Virus record (IMG/VR): IMGVR_UViG_2585427970_000001
Length of the DNA stretch: 64,000 bases
DNA from: a virus
Taxonomy: Duplodnaviria; Heunggongvirae; Uroviricota; Caudoviricetes
Direction: 5' to 3' (one strand)
The notes below the pieces were generated by a model. That model did not search any database and was not told where the DNA came from. It saw only the letters and a list, made by a program, of their open reading frames with translations. Of this stretch, positions 1 through 10,555 are shown piece by piece. The position numbers and the translations under genes are program-made. The stretch's first letter is position 1. Each line of letters begins with the position of its first letter.

Positions 1-309
1 GCCAGCAAATGCAAGACGAGTTTTATCTTTATCAGAGCCCTCAGATTCAGTACGGTTACCTTTAAATTCGTACTCCCACTGACCAAACCGGTTAACTGGT
101 CATTAATCTGAGTTTCCTTTGAATCCCAGACGAGCATAAGTCTTATCTCCGTCATCACTAGCTGAAGAAGAGAAGTAATGTTCTGCGTTAACTTTGCCGT
201 ACAGATCCAGTTTATTACCGTCTTTGTTGTAGATTTCAGCTGCTTGCGCAGACATTGCCATCAGGACAGATGCTGCAACCGCAGAGAGTGCCACTGTGAT
301 TTTTTTCAT
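1..309 (-). pseudogene. General porin (OmpC/OmpF/NmpC family), 5' part; reading frame interrupted near 75-105; gene continues beyond window start
   Basis: ORF 103..309 encodes signal peptide plus [17 protein letters not shown] porin N-terminus, then hits TAA at 103-105; porin-like sequence (..GQWEYEFKGNRTESEGSDKDKTRLAFAG) resumes in the same frame after a ~30 nt stretch that only reads as porin ([10 protein letters not shown]) in another frame. Confidence 0.6.
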
Positions 310-1050
310 TTTTTTTGCCCTTTAGATTGAACTTTTCAGTAGAAAAGAAGTCACTGCGGACAAATGTTTATCTTTTTTGGATTCGTGTTTCAAGTTTTGC
401 AAATAAAATCAAGGTATTTTTGTGATCAAAATCACAAATAATAGCCTTGAAAACCCAATGGACTATTAGAAAAAACTCAATTCACAGAATAAAAATTGAC
501 AAAATAGATCAAAAAACAATCAAAAATAAGCACAAAAGACAAACAATTAAATTATCACAAAAAAATAAACTGTCAAAAAATAGATAGCCTGTTAATTAAC
601 AGGGCTTTAATGGATGTAGACTTGAAATCTACTTAAAAATTAGAATCAAATTAATTACTGCCGATTGGGTATTAAATTGAATCTATATTGTGAGAGTTAA
701 AGACGATGTGTTTTAGTTATAAATGTTATTCCCTAAAATGGAGCGGTCTCATCGAATCCTGATTAATAACGAGCTAAGCTAATTCATTTTAGTATGTGTA
801 TATCTTTACCCTCTGAATATGCAATAAAGAAGAGATATTAAACAATATGTAGCTTCAGGATTGACTCTGGAAGAATTAAAAGATCGACTAAAGTGTTCAA
901 TATGTGGTGAGCGAAACGCAAAAATTAATTTTTTTTTGATCTAACATATTAGGTAACGGCTTGCTTCCATAACCTAAAGCAAGCCACTACGCGTTTACTT
1001 TAAGTACACAATTAACATATCAGAACAGATTATTTTTGCACAATCAGGGA
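310..1050. promoter_or_regulatory. Strongly AT-rich intergenic region upstream of porin gene (probable promoter region)
   Basis: No credible ORF; very low G+C by inspection; lies immediately 5' of porin start codon at 309. Confidence 0.3.
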
Positions 1051-1051
1051 G

Positions 1052-4000
1052 TTAATATACGATCTGGTCTACATGATCACCAAAATCATCATCGTCGTCG
1101 TCATCATCGCCACCATCTACTGCTGGCCAATCAACAAACCAGCCAGCGTAAAGATGCAGCGTTCGGAGAACATCACTTGCGGGAGCATCAAGGGTGTTAA
1201 CGAATCCCATATAGCTATTGGGATTTGCCCCAGCTATGGCTTCAGCGATCATGTCCTCGGTAATGTCACCGAGATAATGCTTAAACGCCCGGAAACTTCT
1301 TCATTATCATCAAATTCGATAATGGCATCTCCGCCTAATGGCGCTGCGATTTTAATCTGCATTATTTAGCTCCTTTGCCACACCTAATAACAGTTCCAGC
1401 AATCCGTCACCATTCATCAGTGATGCGGCAGCGGCCTCTTTGTCATGATACAACTGAAGAGCCATAGAGAATACTTCCGTTGCTGACGTTTTGGAAATAG
1501 TCGGTGATTTCTGCCGAATTTTCCCGGAGTTACTCACTGAGGCTGGCGGGTATACCTTCGCCATATAAATATTACTCAATCGAGATCTGAAGCACCATTC
1601 AGGCTTGCCACGCCCACCGATATTAACGAAAGATGGCTTATCCCCTTCAACATTGGCCTTCAGGAATGACCGGGCTTTCTCTAACAAACCAGGGTTACTG
1701 TACTCAAGATGATGACCCAGCTCGTGCCACAGTGCATTTGCATTTTCATCGTGCAAATCGACAGCAACAACACCATTAAGATTTGCATACGCCCTACCCT
1801 TGTGGTGAATTACCCTTGATAAGGTTGATATTTTCCCGCCGGTCAGGCGATAAATATCAGCAAGTTCCTTGCGCAGGTCTATTCCACCATTCTGTCCAGC
1901 GCGGGCTTCTTCCACTTCTTCCGTGATAAAAGAGTCGGCCCACTCAAGAGCTTTTTCTTCTGATACAGATGAGTTGGCGATCGCACTGTTCATGGCAGAT
2001 AACACTTTCTCGTAGACCGAATCCATACTTCGCTGATTCATTTGCCAGCGTGTCTGCGGGTTATATGAGAATCGCTTAAGTAGTTGGTCAAGCTGCTCAA
2101 GTTCTTCTTCACTGACATACTTTTTAGCCTCACCAATAATGCCAGGGAGAATATTGCCGTTAGGATTAAACGCTCGCGAAAGGAAGAGTTTCAGCGCCCC
2201 ATGCCCTCCGATGCTTCAATATCACCAATAACCGGTTAACAATGGCCGCACTCTTCGGATTAGCATCCGCCAACGCTCTGGCTACGATTTGCAGGACGAT
2301 ACGACCTCACGCTGCATATCAGTCCTGATCTCATCAATAAACTCTGGCGTTATGCCGTGCTCTTTAAGGATATCCCGGCCTTCCGCCGTTACCCCATCGA
2401 TATCACCGACATGTTTATTAACACGACTTTGCAATGCCTTAAATGCCTTCAGAATTCCACGGGAATCATCCGCTTTACTAACGGCCTTCCTGAATGCTGG
2501 CAAGAAGTCTGAGTTAACCTCATTTTGTTGATCGGCCCACTGAATGGAGGCTTCTTTCATCTCGTCCAGAGTCAGATCACCCAACGCGGTATGGTCTGTG
2601 AATATGAGCGACAACCTCTGAACCATTTCTGCCAATGGTGATGCCGAATGCGCCGCGCTAAGGAATGCTTTCACCCTGGTTGGGCGAATGGAAAACCAGT
2701 CAATAGCTGGTGGCATATCTCCGTTTTGTATCGCCTGCGCTATCTCATCAAAGCCATCGCGCCCAAGGGAAGATGCGTGATTTAACAATCCGCGAAGTAA
2801 CGAATTGCTGATACCGAATAATCGGCACCATTTATTCACGTCGGCAACAGGCATTCGAACAAAATGCGCAAGCACTTGTACAAGCTGTTCATCCTGGGGA
2901 TCTGTACGGGAAAGCAGCCTGATCAGATGAATAATGTCTTTGATGCCGGATGCCCGATGTAATAGCAAGCTGGTATATGGAGCAACACCGTTGTAACTAC
3001 CGCCGGAAGCTGACTCGAAAAGACCGCCGGATATCCCTTGCATACCTTCGTTTTCCAGTTCCTGAGATACCTGGCGAAGGATATCCTGTAACGACACATC
3101 GCCGCCGCCAAACATATCCCGAGCGCCTGGCCCTGATGCTGTAACTCATCATTGATACGTTGCGCCATCAATTTAAAGGCGGTGGCCATACGCTTCGCGC
3201 TACGGTTATTCGCGACGATGAACAACGCGAGTGCTTTCACTTCCGGGGCCGTTTCGCTGAACATATCCCCCCTGAGCAATAACATCGGTAATATGCTGGC
3301 CTGACTCCTTCGATTGCCTTACCAGGTCTACCGCATCTTTCAATGCCGCCAGCGCCTTTTTATCGAGGCTATCCGCTGTCTCAATGCCATCAACAATAGT
3401 TGTCACAGCCTGCTTGTGCGCTTCTCCTGATAAAGCCTGCATCTGGACAAAATCATTGGCTGCCGCATTAAGCGCCGTCAGAACATTACGCATATCCGGA
3501 TCAGGTTCTTCTGCAACCATCCTTACTAGGCGCGCATCCTTATATGCCTTGGCAAAGATCGCGTTTTGTATACGGTCTACAAGTTGCCGTGTTGGTCGCC
3601 CATCTTCAGTTACAAGGCCAGCCGCCTGTGTGGCACCAACTTGCGTCATAAATCCGCGAATAAACGCGTCATTACTGCGGCTAAGCAGATCTCCGCTTTC
3701 TGACGGATTAAACAGCGCCATCATCGCCGGTGTTATGCTGTCGGCATCAACAAAAGCCTTTTCACTGGCTGCCATTTCCTGAAGATCAGAAATATTTGAG
3801 TCCTTGGCAAACTGAACGCGGTCAACCTTCGTTAACCGGCGGCGCACCAGTACCGGAGCCGTCATTGATTCAACCTTTTCAGTACGTATGCCGAATTCGG
3901 TCGCATGTTCAATCAGGTACTCCCGATACCGATCCGCATTACCGTCCTGATAGGCTTTAATGATCCCCATGGTACGTCCATTACCTGACTCAACTGCATT

Positions 4001-4336
4001 GTCCTCACCAATTATCGGTGCGCCATGGCTGGATAATCCGGAATCGGTAAGCTGAGCAGGCCGCAAATCTTTGGATATCTGGTTAACCTGAAGAAGGCTG
4101 GATGCGCGGGTCCGGTCGCGCGGCTGAAGTTCCTGGGGATAGTCAGGATTAATTTTCCCATCCAGAGTATTGGATACCAAAATAGCTGAGGCATCGACGA
4201 TATCAAACGCTGTTTTTACCTCGTCTCCCTTCGCTGTCACCACATACGAAACCCGCCCATAATCGGGCAGGTTCTTTAGCAGCTCGATCAGCGTTTCTAT
4301 GCTGGTGGCCATTACCACCTGATCGCTTAAGCTCAT
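1052..4336 (-). pseudogene. Large DdrB-like virion-associated protein gene (about 1090 codons) broken into several reading-frame pieces
   Basis: Collinear minus-strand ORFs 3206..4336, 2282..3115, 1352..2041, 1052..1252 plus a protein-like out-of-frame bridge 3117..3285; position downstream of darA/ddrA as in P1; HELGHH motif in the 1352..2041 piece. Confidence 0.4.
1080..1106 (-). repeat. GAT/GAC trinucleotide tract encoding poly-Asp (DDDDDDDD)
   Basis: atcatcatcgtcgtcgtcatcatcgcc on plus strand; ORF 1052..1252 contains GGDDDDDDDDFGD. Confidence 0.7.
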
Positions 4337-4435
4337 CCCTGTTACGCCTTATCCAATGTGCCGCCCCCTACGCTCCTCATAGTGGGGATATAAGGCACAG
4401 TTTTCCTCCCGGCTATTTTTGCTTAAAATAGTGAC

Positions 4436-5644
4436 ATGAAACAACAGGTGTCATTCAAATTCCGGTTAAAACCAGATGGTCAACAGGAGCGTCAAATGAG
4501 GCGCTTTGCCGGAGCTTGTCGTTTCGTTTTCAACCGTGCTCTGGCGCTTCAGAATGAGAATCATGAGGCCGGTAAAAAATACATCCCTTACACGAAAATG
4601 GCTTCCTGGTTGGTTGAGTGGAAAAAAGACACTGAAACCGAATGGCTTAAAGATTCTCCCTCACAGCCATTGCAACAGTCACTGAAAGACCTTGAGCGGG
4701 CTTACAAAAACTTCTTCCGGAAGCGGGCAGCTTTTCCCCGATTCAAAAAGCGGGGACAGAATGATGCATTCCGCTACCCGCAGGGTGTTAAGCTCGATCA
4801 GGAAAACAGCCGTATTTTTCTGCCGAAACTTGGCTGGATGCGCTACCGGAATAGCCGTCAGGTCACGGGTATTGTGAAAAATGTTACTGTCAGCCAGTCC
4901 TGCGGTAAGTGGTACATCAGTATTCAGACAGAAAGAGAGGTATCCACTCCTGTTCACCCTTCAGCATCAATGGTCGGACTGGATGCTGGCGTGGCTAAAC
5001 TCGCCACGCTGTCAGATGGCACAGTCTTTGAACCTGTAAATAGTTTTCAGAAAAACCAGAAGAAGCTGGCGAGACTTCAGCGACAGTTAAGCCGCAAGGT
5101 CAAATTCAGCAACAACTGGCAGAAGCAGAAACGCAAAATACAGCGACTGCATTCCCGTATCGCAAATATCCGCAGGGACTACCTTCACAAAGTCACAACG
5201 ACCGTCAGCAAAAACCACGCAATGATTGTCATTGAGGATTTGAAGGTTAAATACATGTCAAAGTCAGCGGCGGGAACGATAAGTCATCCGGGTCGCAATG
5301 TCCGGGCAAAATCAGGTTTAAACCGTTCGATACTGGATCAGGGCTGGTATGAAATGCGCCGCCAGCTTGAGTACAAGCAGCTCTGGCGTGGCGGTCAGGT
5401 GCTTGCTGTTCCGCCAGCGTACACAAGCCAGCGTTGCGCGTGCTGTGGTCATACAGCGAAAGAAAATCGCCTGTCACAAAGTAAATTCAGATGCCAGGTA
5501 TGTGGATATACAGCGAACGCCGATGTAAACGGCGCTCGTAACATTTTAGCGGCGGGGCACGCCGTACTTGCCTGTGGAGGGATGGTGCAGTCAGGCCGCC
5601 CGTTGAAGCAGGAACCCACCGAAATGATTCAGGCGACAGCCTGA
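4436..5644 (+). CDS. tnpB: TnpB RNA-guided endonuclease (IS200/IS605 OrfB)
   Basis: 402 aa; RuvC-like motifs [22 protein letters not shown]; zinc finger CACCGH..CQVCGY; N-terminal region typical of TnpB. Confidence 0.9.
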   Translation: MKQQVSFKFRLKPDGQQERQMRRFAGACRFVFNRALALQNENHEAGKKYIPYTKMASWLVEWKKDTETEWLKDSPSQPLQQSLKDLERAYKNFFRKRAAFPRFKKRGQNDAFRYPQGVKLDQENSRIFLPKLGWMRYRNSRQVTGIVKNVTVSQSCGKWYISIQTEREVSTPVHPSASMVGLDAGVAKLATLSDGTVFEPVNSFQKNQKKLARLQRQLSRKVKFSNNWQKQKRKIQRLHSRIANIRRDYLHKVTTTVSKNHAMIVIEDLKVKYMSKSAAGTISHPGRNVRAKSGLNRSILDQGWYEMRRQLEYKQLWRGGQVLAVPPAYTSQRCACCGHTAKENRLSQSKFRCQVCGYTANADVNGARNILAAGHAVLACGGMVQSGRPLKQEPTEMIQATA

Positions 5645-5690
5645 ACGTAGCAGGAATCCACGCCCTTCGGGGCGTGGAGGATGTCACGCT
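5540..5690 (+). ncRNA. Putative omega-RNA (reRNA) scaffold overlapping tnpB 3' end and right end
   Basis: Perfect hairpin ccacgccc-ttcg-gggcgtgg at about 5660-5680 just 3' of tnpB stop; position as expected for TnpB guide RNA; boundaries not determinable by eye. Confidence 0.3.
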
Positions 5691-6049
5691 GCCTCTTTAA
5701 TGTTGGCGGCTATCCATGCCGCCGTGTGCTGTTTAACCTGGTCCAGGTCGATGTATGTGCCAACATATTGACTCAAGTCCTGTAACGTACCGATAAATGC
5801 ATCAGTGCTCTGATCGACGAATTTATCAGCCAGGAAATCAGCAACCAGTTTTGGCACACCATCATGTACCGAAGGTTGTTTTTCCTCGCCACTACTGCCG
5901 CCGGACGCGCCGTACCCCATCTGTTGCATGATCTGGTCAATTTCATCGCTGATATCCAGCAACTCCATGCCACTCGCGGTAGCCGCTTTGGACATCAGAG
6001 CATCCAACTTATCGCTGAGGTCCATTAACTCAATAGCTGATAGTGTCAT
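5684..6049 (-). CDS. DdrA-like small protein of dar operon
   Basis: 121 aa ORF immediately downstream of, and overlapping, the darA-like ORF; assignment by position only. Confidence 0.4.
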   Translation of the reverse strand: MTLSAIELMDLSDKLDALMSKAATASGMELLDISDEIDQIMQQMGYGASGGSSGEEKQPSVHDGVPKLVADFLADKFVDQSTDAFIGTLQDLSQYVGTYIDLDQVKQHTAAWIAANIKEAA

Positions 6050-7965
6050 GCCGCTACCCCCGCTTTCTGGATTGCTACCAGCAGATCAGCCAGGTGGCGA
6101 GCAGCACCGTTAACCAGCTCTTCGTTTTCCTCAAAACGTCCGGCAGCCTGAAGGGCAGCAATCGCTTCCCGGACATTGCCCCGGGCGTTACGGATCTCCG
6201 CCATGTCAGTGCTTTGCATATCCATCACGCTATTGAGATATTCAATGGCTTTATTAGCCTCTGCATCTGCTTCGCTAACCGTTTCATCAGGCTGTGCCGG
6301 GACCGGTTCTGGTTGAGTAATCTCACCGACTTCGGCCTGCAATGCATTGATCATGCTCTGCACCATTTTCTCGATGCCAGCGCCCCCAGGAAACGCAATA
6401 TTGGGGAAAGTTTTTTGAAACTGAGTTTTCAGCATTACGCGGAACTCGTCTGGTGAGCTGGTGGCCAGCTCCAGAGCTTTTTGTGCATATTTGCCAAACG
6501 GACCATTAGTAAGTGTCTTCGCCAGGAAGTCGAAAGAATCCTCGCGAGGCAATAACTTCAGGTCGTACTCACTCATTTGCTGATCAGAAAGCGGGGTATC
6601 GTAAGTAACAATGCCGTAGCGTGCATATTCATAATACGGGTCACCTTCATCAGGGCGCGGCAGAATTGCTTTGTTACCTTCAGGTATTGCGCCAGGGGCC
6701 GCCGGACGCATTTGCAGGGCATATCGATATGCACCTACAGAGACTTCTGGTTCAGGCAAAGAGCTACCGGTATCCTCCGCTGATTCAGGTTCGACGTTTT
6801 CCGGTTTATGTTCTTCTGGTTGGACCAGATATTCCGATACATTACCCGCTTTATAGGCTTTAAACAGCTTGCCGATCGCATCTGCCATGTCCACACCCTG
6901 TATGGATTTAGCCTTGATCATGTACACGCTGCCATCCGAATCGGTTAACTGGATATACCCTTCGCCGTCCTCAATGAATTGCTTCATTGATGCACCATTA
7001 CTGAGCGTCACTTCCCCGTTCATATGCATACGATTTTTGATACTGGCAAGGCGATCCGTCAGCGCGCGAGAGTACCCACCAGTCATCCCCGCAGGAGCAA
7101 TGGTATCGCGCCCACCAGTGCGATTGAGCTGATCAATCTCCGTCTGCAAACGCTCATTCTCTTCATAAAGAGAATCCGCTTCCGATGCAACAGCGTTAAT
7201 TTTCTGCTCCAGATCTGCCTTCTGCCCTTCTACCGCTGCCACCTGATCCGCGAGGTCGCTCATGGCATCCTCTTTCTGGTCACTGTCAGCCTGTAGTTGG
7301 GTTATTTCATCAACAAGGGCTTTTTTCTTCTTCTGCGCACGCTGGAATTTTGCCGAGTTTTTCTCTGCAAGGTTGGCAAGTTTCATGGTGACCTGCGCCA
7401 GCGTCATATCACGTCCACTCATCGGAGCAACGGTGTGAGTAACGTCTTTTTTATTCAGTAAGAACTGGAAAGCAACCAGCGTATCGCTATTGGTGATCCG
7501 GTTTTCCGCTGTCGGGCTATGAAACAGAATGCTGATAGTCTGACCATCACTGAGCGGAATAATGGCTGGCAGGACCGGCAGCCCGTTAACGTTACGTGCC
7601 CGACCAATTTCAGCGCCGCCGATCGCGCGCGCGCCGCTCTGGGCCACATCGCCCGTTTTATCACTCCCCGCAGAGATTCCGGTACCATTCAGCTTCTGGT
7701 TCAATGCCCGGACAAATGCCTGCATGGTCCGGTGTAACTGCAAACGAGTAGAACTAATCGCCTCCAGTAAATCCGTAGCACACCAGTGGATCGGCGTGTC
7801 ATAGAAGAACGTAGCCTCGATTTCCTCCAGGGTGTTGGATTCCGTCATCAGATAGCGGTCCTCACCGGCCATTAATGCGCGATATTCATCATCAGTCACT
7901 GGCGGGGGAAGCGCGTCAAGCCCAGGTTTGATCGTCACCCCTTTATTGATATTGAACTGTTCCAT
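6046..7965 (-). CDS. darA: DarA-like antirestriction / head internal protein
   Basis: 639 aa; coiled-coil central region; preceded by an ORF sharing a KNSAKFQ block (hdf-like), matching the P1 hdf-darA arrangement. Confidence 0.55.
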   Translation of the reverse strand: MEQFNINKGVTIKPGLDALPPPVTDDEYRALMAGEDRYLMTESNTLEEIEATFFYDTPIHWCATDLLEAISSTRLQLHRTMQAFVRALNQKLNGTGISAGSDKTGDVAQSGARAIGGAEIGRARNVNGLPVLPAIIPLSDGQTISILFHSPTAENRITNSDTLVAFQFLLNKKDVTHTVAPMSGRDMTLAQVTMKLANLAEKNSAKFQRAQKKKKALVDEITQLQADSDQKEDAMSDLADQVAAVEGQKADLEQKINAVASEADSLYEENERLQTEIDQLNRTGGRDTIAPAGMTGGYSRALTDRLASIKNRMHMNGEVTLSNGASMKQFIEDGEGYIQLTDSDGSVYMIKAKSIQGVDMADAIGKLFKAYKAGNVSEYLVQPEEHKPENVEPESAEDTGSSLPEPEVSVGAYRYALQMRPAAPGAIPEGNKAILPRPDEGDPYYEYARYGIVTYDTPLSDQQMSEYDLKLLPREDSFDFLAKTLTNGPFGKYAQKALELATSSPDEFRVMLKTQFQKTFPNIAFPGGAGIEKMVQSMINALQAEVGEITQPEPVPAQPDETVSEADAEANKAIEYLNSVMDMQSTDMAEIRNARGNVREAIAALQAAGRFEENEELVNGAARHLADLLVAIQKAGVAA

Positions 7966-7966
7966 G

Positions 7967-8578
7967 TTAATTTCCTGCTTTCAGTTGCTTAAGACGGCGT
8001 TTGAGTTCGCCATTTCGGGCCTTTTCGTTATTGAGTCGGCCTGTCTCCTTATCCAGCTTCGCCCGCAAATCAGTGATCTGCTGTTGATTGAAAGACACCG
8101 AGTTCTGCGCTGATTTATAAGCGGCAACCACCTGAACATTCCGCTGTTTTGCCTCTTGCAGGCGCTGAAAGTTGGATTTTACTGCCGGTTTCTTGTCTAC
8201 CGGATTGGCAACACGTTTCGCTTTGGCGATCAGTGATTTCTGGAATTTTGCGGAGTTTTTGCGGGCCGCTTGCCCCATGACGGTACCAAGCGTCTTGATA
8301 TCCGGCGACTGAGCGTTAGGAATAGCTTTTCCATTCAGCTTCACAGACGATATATCGCCAGTATCGTTTACCTGTATGGCAAGAATTTGTCCATCGTTAA
8401 GAACCAGCTTTGCGGTTTTAACTTTAACGCCATCTTTCGTTGTTGCGCGGTTGCTGGAGTCAACCTCAATTACCGTAACACCGGTTTTATTGATCGCCGC
8501 GATAAGGGATTTCAGCCCCTTTTCATTAACCTGGTCAAAATCGACCGTTGCATACTTATTTTTCGTCATCTGACACAT
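7967..8578 (-). CDS. hdf: Hdf-like protein (homolog of DarA fragment)
   Basis: 203 aa; shares sequence block (..KNSAKFQ..) with the downstream DarA-like protein. Confidence 0.5.
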   Translation of the reverse strand: MCQMTKNKYATVDFDQVNEKGLKSLIAAINKTGVTVIEVDSSNRATTKDGVKVKTAKLVLNDGQILAIQVNDTGDISSVKLNGKAIPNAQSPDIKTLGTVMGQAARKNSAKFQKSLIAKAKRVANPVDKKPAVKSNFQRLQEAKQRNVQVVAAYKSAQNSVSFNQQQITDLRAKLDKETGRLNNEKARNGELKRRLKQLKAGN

Positions 8579-8999
8579 CCTGTGCGAGATTTATTACGTA
8601 ACTTCTGCGGATTTGCTGAGTAACAGGGAAAATCCGATACAACGGGTTAATGAACGAGTCGCCATGCGTAACCATGACGTTGAAATGCCACAGTCGCTCT
8701 CCTTTACCCATATATTCAGTGGGTATGTACAACCATTCACTGTTTTCGCCCTGTTCAGCCGACGTCAAACAACGTTGTTCGCCTTCAATCACTGTCGTCG
8801 GCTTCTGAACATCGCGGATCCAATATCTGACCGTTGCGCCGCGCAAAAACGGGAATTTAGACCGGTATTTGAACGGCACCCGGATGAAACCCGGTTTAAT
8901 TTCCACATCACCAAGTTCTAAATGCGTGATGTCCTTGCGTTTTAGCAAATAGCGATCGGCTAAGGCTAACGCAAGAACGCATACACCCCAGCCAATCAT
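8556..8999 (-). CDS. Hypothetical protein with N-terminal hydrophobic segment (possible LydB-like lysis regulator)
   Basis: 147 aa ORF overlapping stop of upstream holin-like gene; assignment by position. Confidence 0.3.
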   Translation of the reverse strand: MIGWGVCVLALALADRYLLKRKDITHLELGDVEIKPGFIRVPFKYRSKFPFLRGATVRYWIRDVQKPTTVIEGEQRCLTSAEQGENSEWLYIPTEYMGKGERLWHFNVMVTHGDSFINPLYRIFPVTQQIRRSYVINLAQDVSDDEK

Positions 9000-9325
9000 T
9001 TCCCGCCTCCCTTTTTCACCAAACTTGTAAGAACATTCAGAATGCTATCGATATTCACTCGTTTCATCCCTGAAATCACCTCATGACCGTTATTGCTGGC
9101 TATCGTTACCATTAAGTACGTAATTGATAACTCCCAGCCCTCGTGTTGCCCCAATAGGTACGCCACCGCGCCAGCTGTCACTGCAACAAAGATCTCCGTA
9201 ACCAATCCCAACAAATTGCCAGACTGGCGACCGTCTCGGACATCCATCAGGAACGTGCCTATCCCACCAATTACTGAAAGCAGGAGCGCAATAGCAACTG
9301 GAGCTAATTCCTGTGTGTCAAGCAC
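8996..9325 (-). CDS. Holin-like small membrane protein (LydA-like)
   Basis: 109 aa, 2-3 predicted hydrophobic helices, charged C-terminus KKGGGK. Confidence 0.5.
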   Translation of the reverse strand: MLDTQELAPVAIALLLSVIGGIGTFLMDVRDGRQSGNLLGLVTEIFVAVTAGAVAYLLGQHEGWELSITYLMVTIASNNGHEVISGMKRVNIDSILNVLTSLVKKGGGK

Positions 9326-9392
9326 AAGTTCCCTCCTACGTTGTCAGGAGGTAATGGTATGCAAAGTAACTTCTCAACCGGTCATTTGTTGC

Positions 9393-9674
9393 TTAAGAGG
9401 CATTTCTATTGAGGTACGAATCGATAATCCTTTGTAACCGTTCAAGAATGAGCCTGTTATTGATGCTGCAAATAATAGTCACGCAAGTCTGAAGACTTTC
9501 ATCCATACCCTTATATTCCGCGAAATACATGCCTATAAAGCCTGCAAGTACGGCAGCAATACACTCGGCCAGCAATTGCCTGCATGACACTTCGTAACGT
9601 TTTTCACGAACCCCATTCAGAAACGAATGCACCCCGCCAAGGATGGAAAGGAGCATTATTGTGAAATCAAACAT
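9393..9674 (-). CDS. Holin-like small membrane protein, paralog of 8996..9325
   Basis: 93 aa, similar hydrophobic helix layout, first gene of minus-strand operon. Confidence 0.4.
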   Translation of the reverse strand: MFDFTIMLLSILGGVHSFLNGVREKRYEVSCRQLLAECIAAVLAGFIGMYFAEYKGMDESLQTCVTIICSINNRLILERLQRIIDSYLNRNAS

Positions 9675-9801
9675 AACTATTTCCTCAATAGTGAATTAAA
9701 TATCATTGGGAAACGGTATGTACTTTGTGATTTCCACACATACTGGTTTTTGTTAATTAAAATCAGCAGCTTGCTATAAATAACGATAGTGAGCAGAAAA
9801 T

Positions 9802-10362
9802 ATGCTAATAGGCTATATACGCGTATCAACAAATGAACAAAACACTGCTTTACAACGAAATGCCCTTGAAAGCGCAGGATGTGAGCTAATTTTTGAGGAC
9901 AAGGCGAGCGGCAAAAAGGCTGAGCGCCCTGGGTTAAAAAAGGTACTCCGTATGCTTTCCAGAGGTGATACCCTGGTCGTATGGAAGTTAGACCGTCTTG
10001 GGCGCAGCATGCGTCACTTAGTTGTGCTGGTGGAAGAGCTGCGTGACAGAGGCATTAACTTCCGGAGTCTCACTGACTCCATCGACACCAGTACACCAAT
10101 GGGGCGCTTTTTCTTTCACGTAATGGGGGCGCTGGCAGAAATGGAACGTGAGCTTATCGTTGAACGTACACGCGCTGGACTTGATGCAGCTCGCGCAGAA
10201 GGTCGTATAGGTGGGCGTCGACCTAAATACCAAGAAGAAACATGGCAGCAAATGCGGCGATTGCTGGAGAAGGGCATCCCCCGTAAGCAGGTTGCAATCA
10301 TCTATGATGTGGCTGTTTCCACGCTTTATAAGAAGTTTCCGGCGTCATCCTTTCAATCCTAA
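9802..10362 (+). CDS. cin: Serine recombinase DNA invertase (Cin/Gin/Pin/Hin family)
   Basis: MLIGYIRVSTNEQNTALQRNAL..DTLVVWKLDRLGRSMRHL..GRFFFHVMGALAEMERELIVERT; near-identical motif pattern to Gin/Cin. Confidence 0.9.
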   Translation: MLIGYIRVSTNEQNTALQRNALESAGCELIFEDKASGKKAERPGLKKVLRMLSRGDTLVVWKLDRLGRSMRHLVVLVEELRDRGINFRSLTDSIDTSTPMGRFFFHVMGALAEMERELIVERTRAGLDAARAEGRIGGRRPKYQEETWQQMRRLLEKGIPRKQVAIIYDVAVSTLYKKFPASSFQS

Positions 10363-10380
10363 ACCTTGGTTTAAGAGAAC
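10355..10380. promoter_or_regulatory. cix/gix-like crossover site (left), overlapping cin stop codon
   Basis: caatcctaaacc-tt-ggtttaagagaa resembles gix TTATCCAAAACC-TC-GGTTTACAGGAA; at outer edge of inverted repeat. Confidence 0.55.
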
Positions 10381-10555
10381 TCGGTACCAGCGGTGAAAAG
10401 ATCCCCCTGTTGAGTACGGCTAACACATGGAGTGCGCGCCAGACTTTCAACGGCGGGATCACCGGGGCGCTGACAGGGAACGCCGACACCGCGACGAAAT
10501 TGAAAACAGCTCGAACAATCAACGGGGTGGGATTTGATGGTTCTAAAAACATTGA
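10364..10555 (+). repeat. Left inverted repeat of invertible tail-fibre segment
   Basis: About 190 bp near-identical to reverse complement of 13553-13745. Confidence 0.75.

Larger units (their letters stand above)
4337..5690 (+). mobile_element. IS200/IS605-family TnpB-only element (IS609/InsQ-like) inserted between ddrA-like and ddrB-like genes
   Basis: Single tnpB ORF with no tnpA; occupies the entire gap between two collinear minus-strand phage genes; GC-rich hairpin at 3' boundary; ends approximate. Confidence 0.55.

Noticed and set aside
1073-1369. Plus-strand ORF 1073..1369 (IIIVVVIIATIY)
   Set aside because: Mirror reading of the poly-Asp trinucleotide repeat region on the opposite strand.
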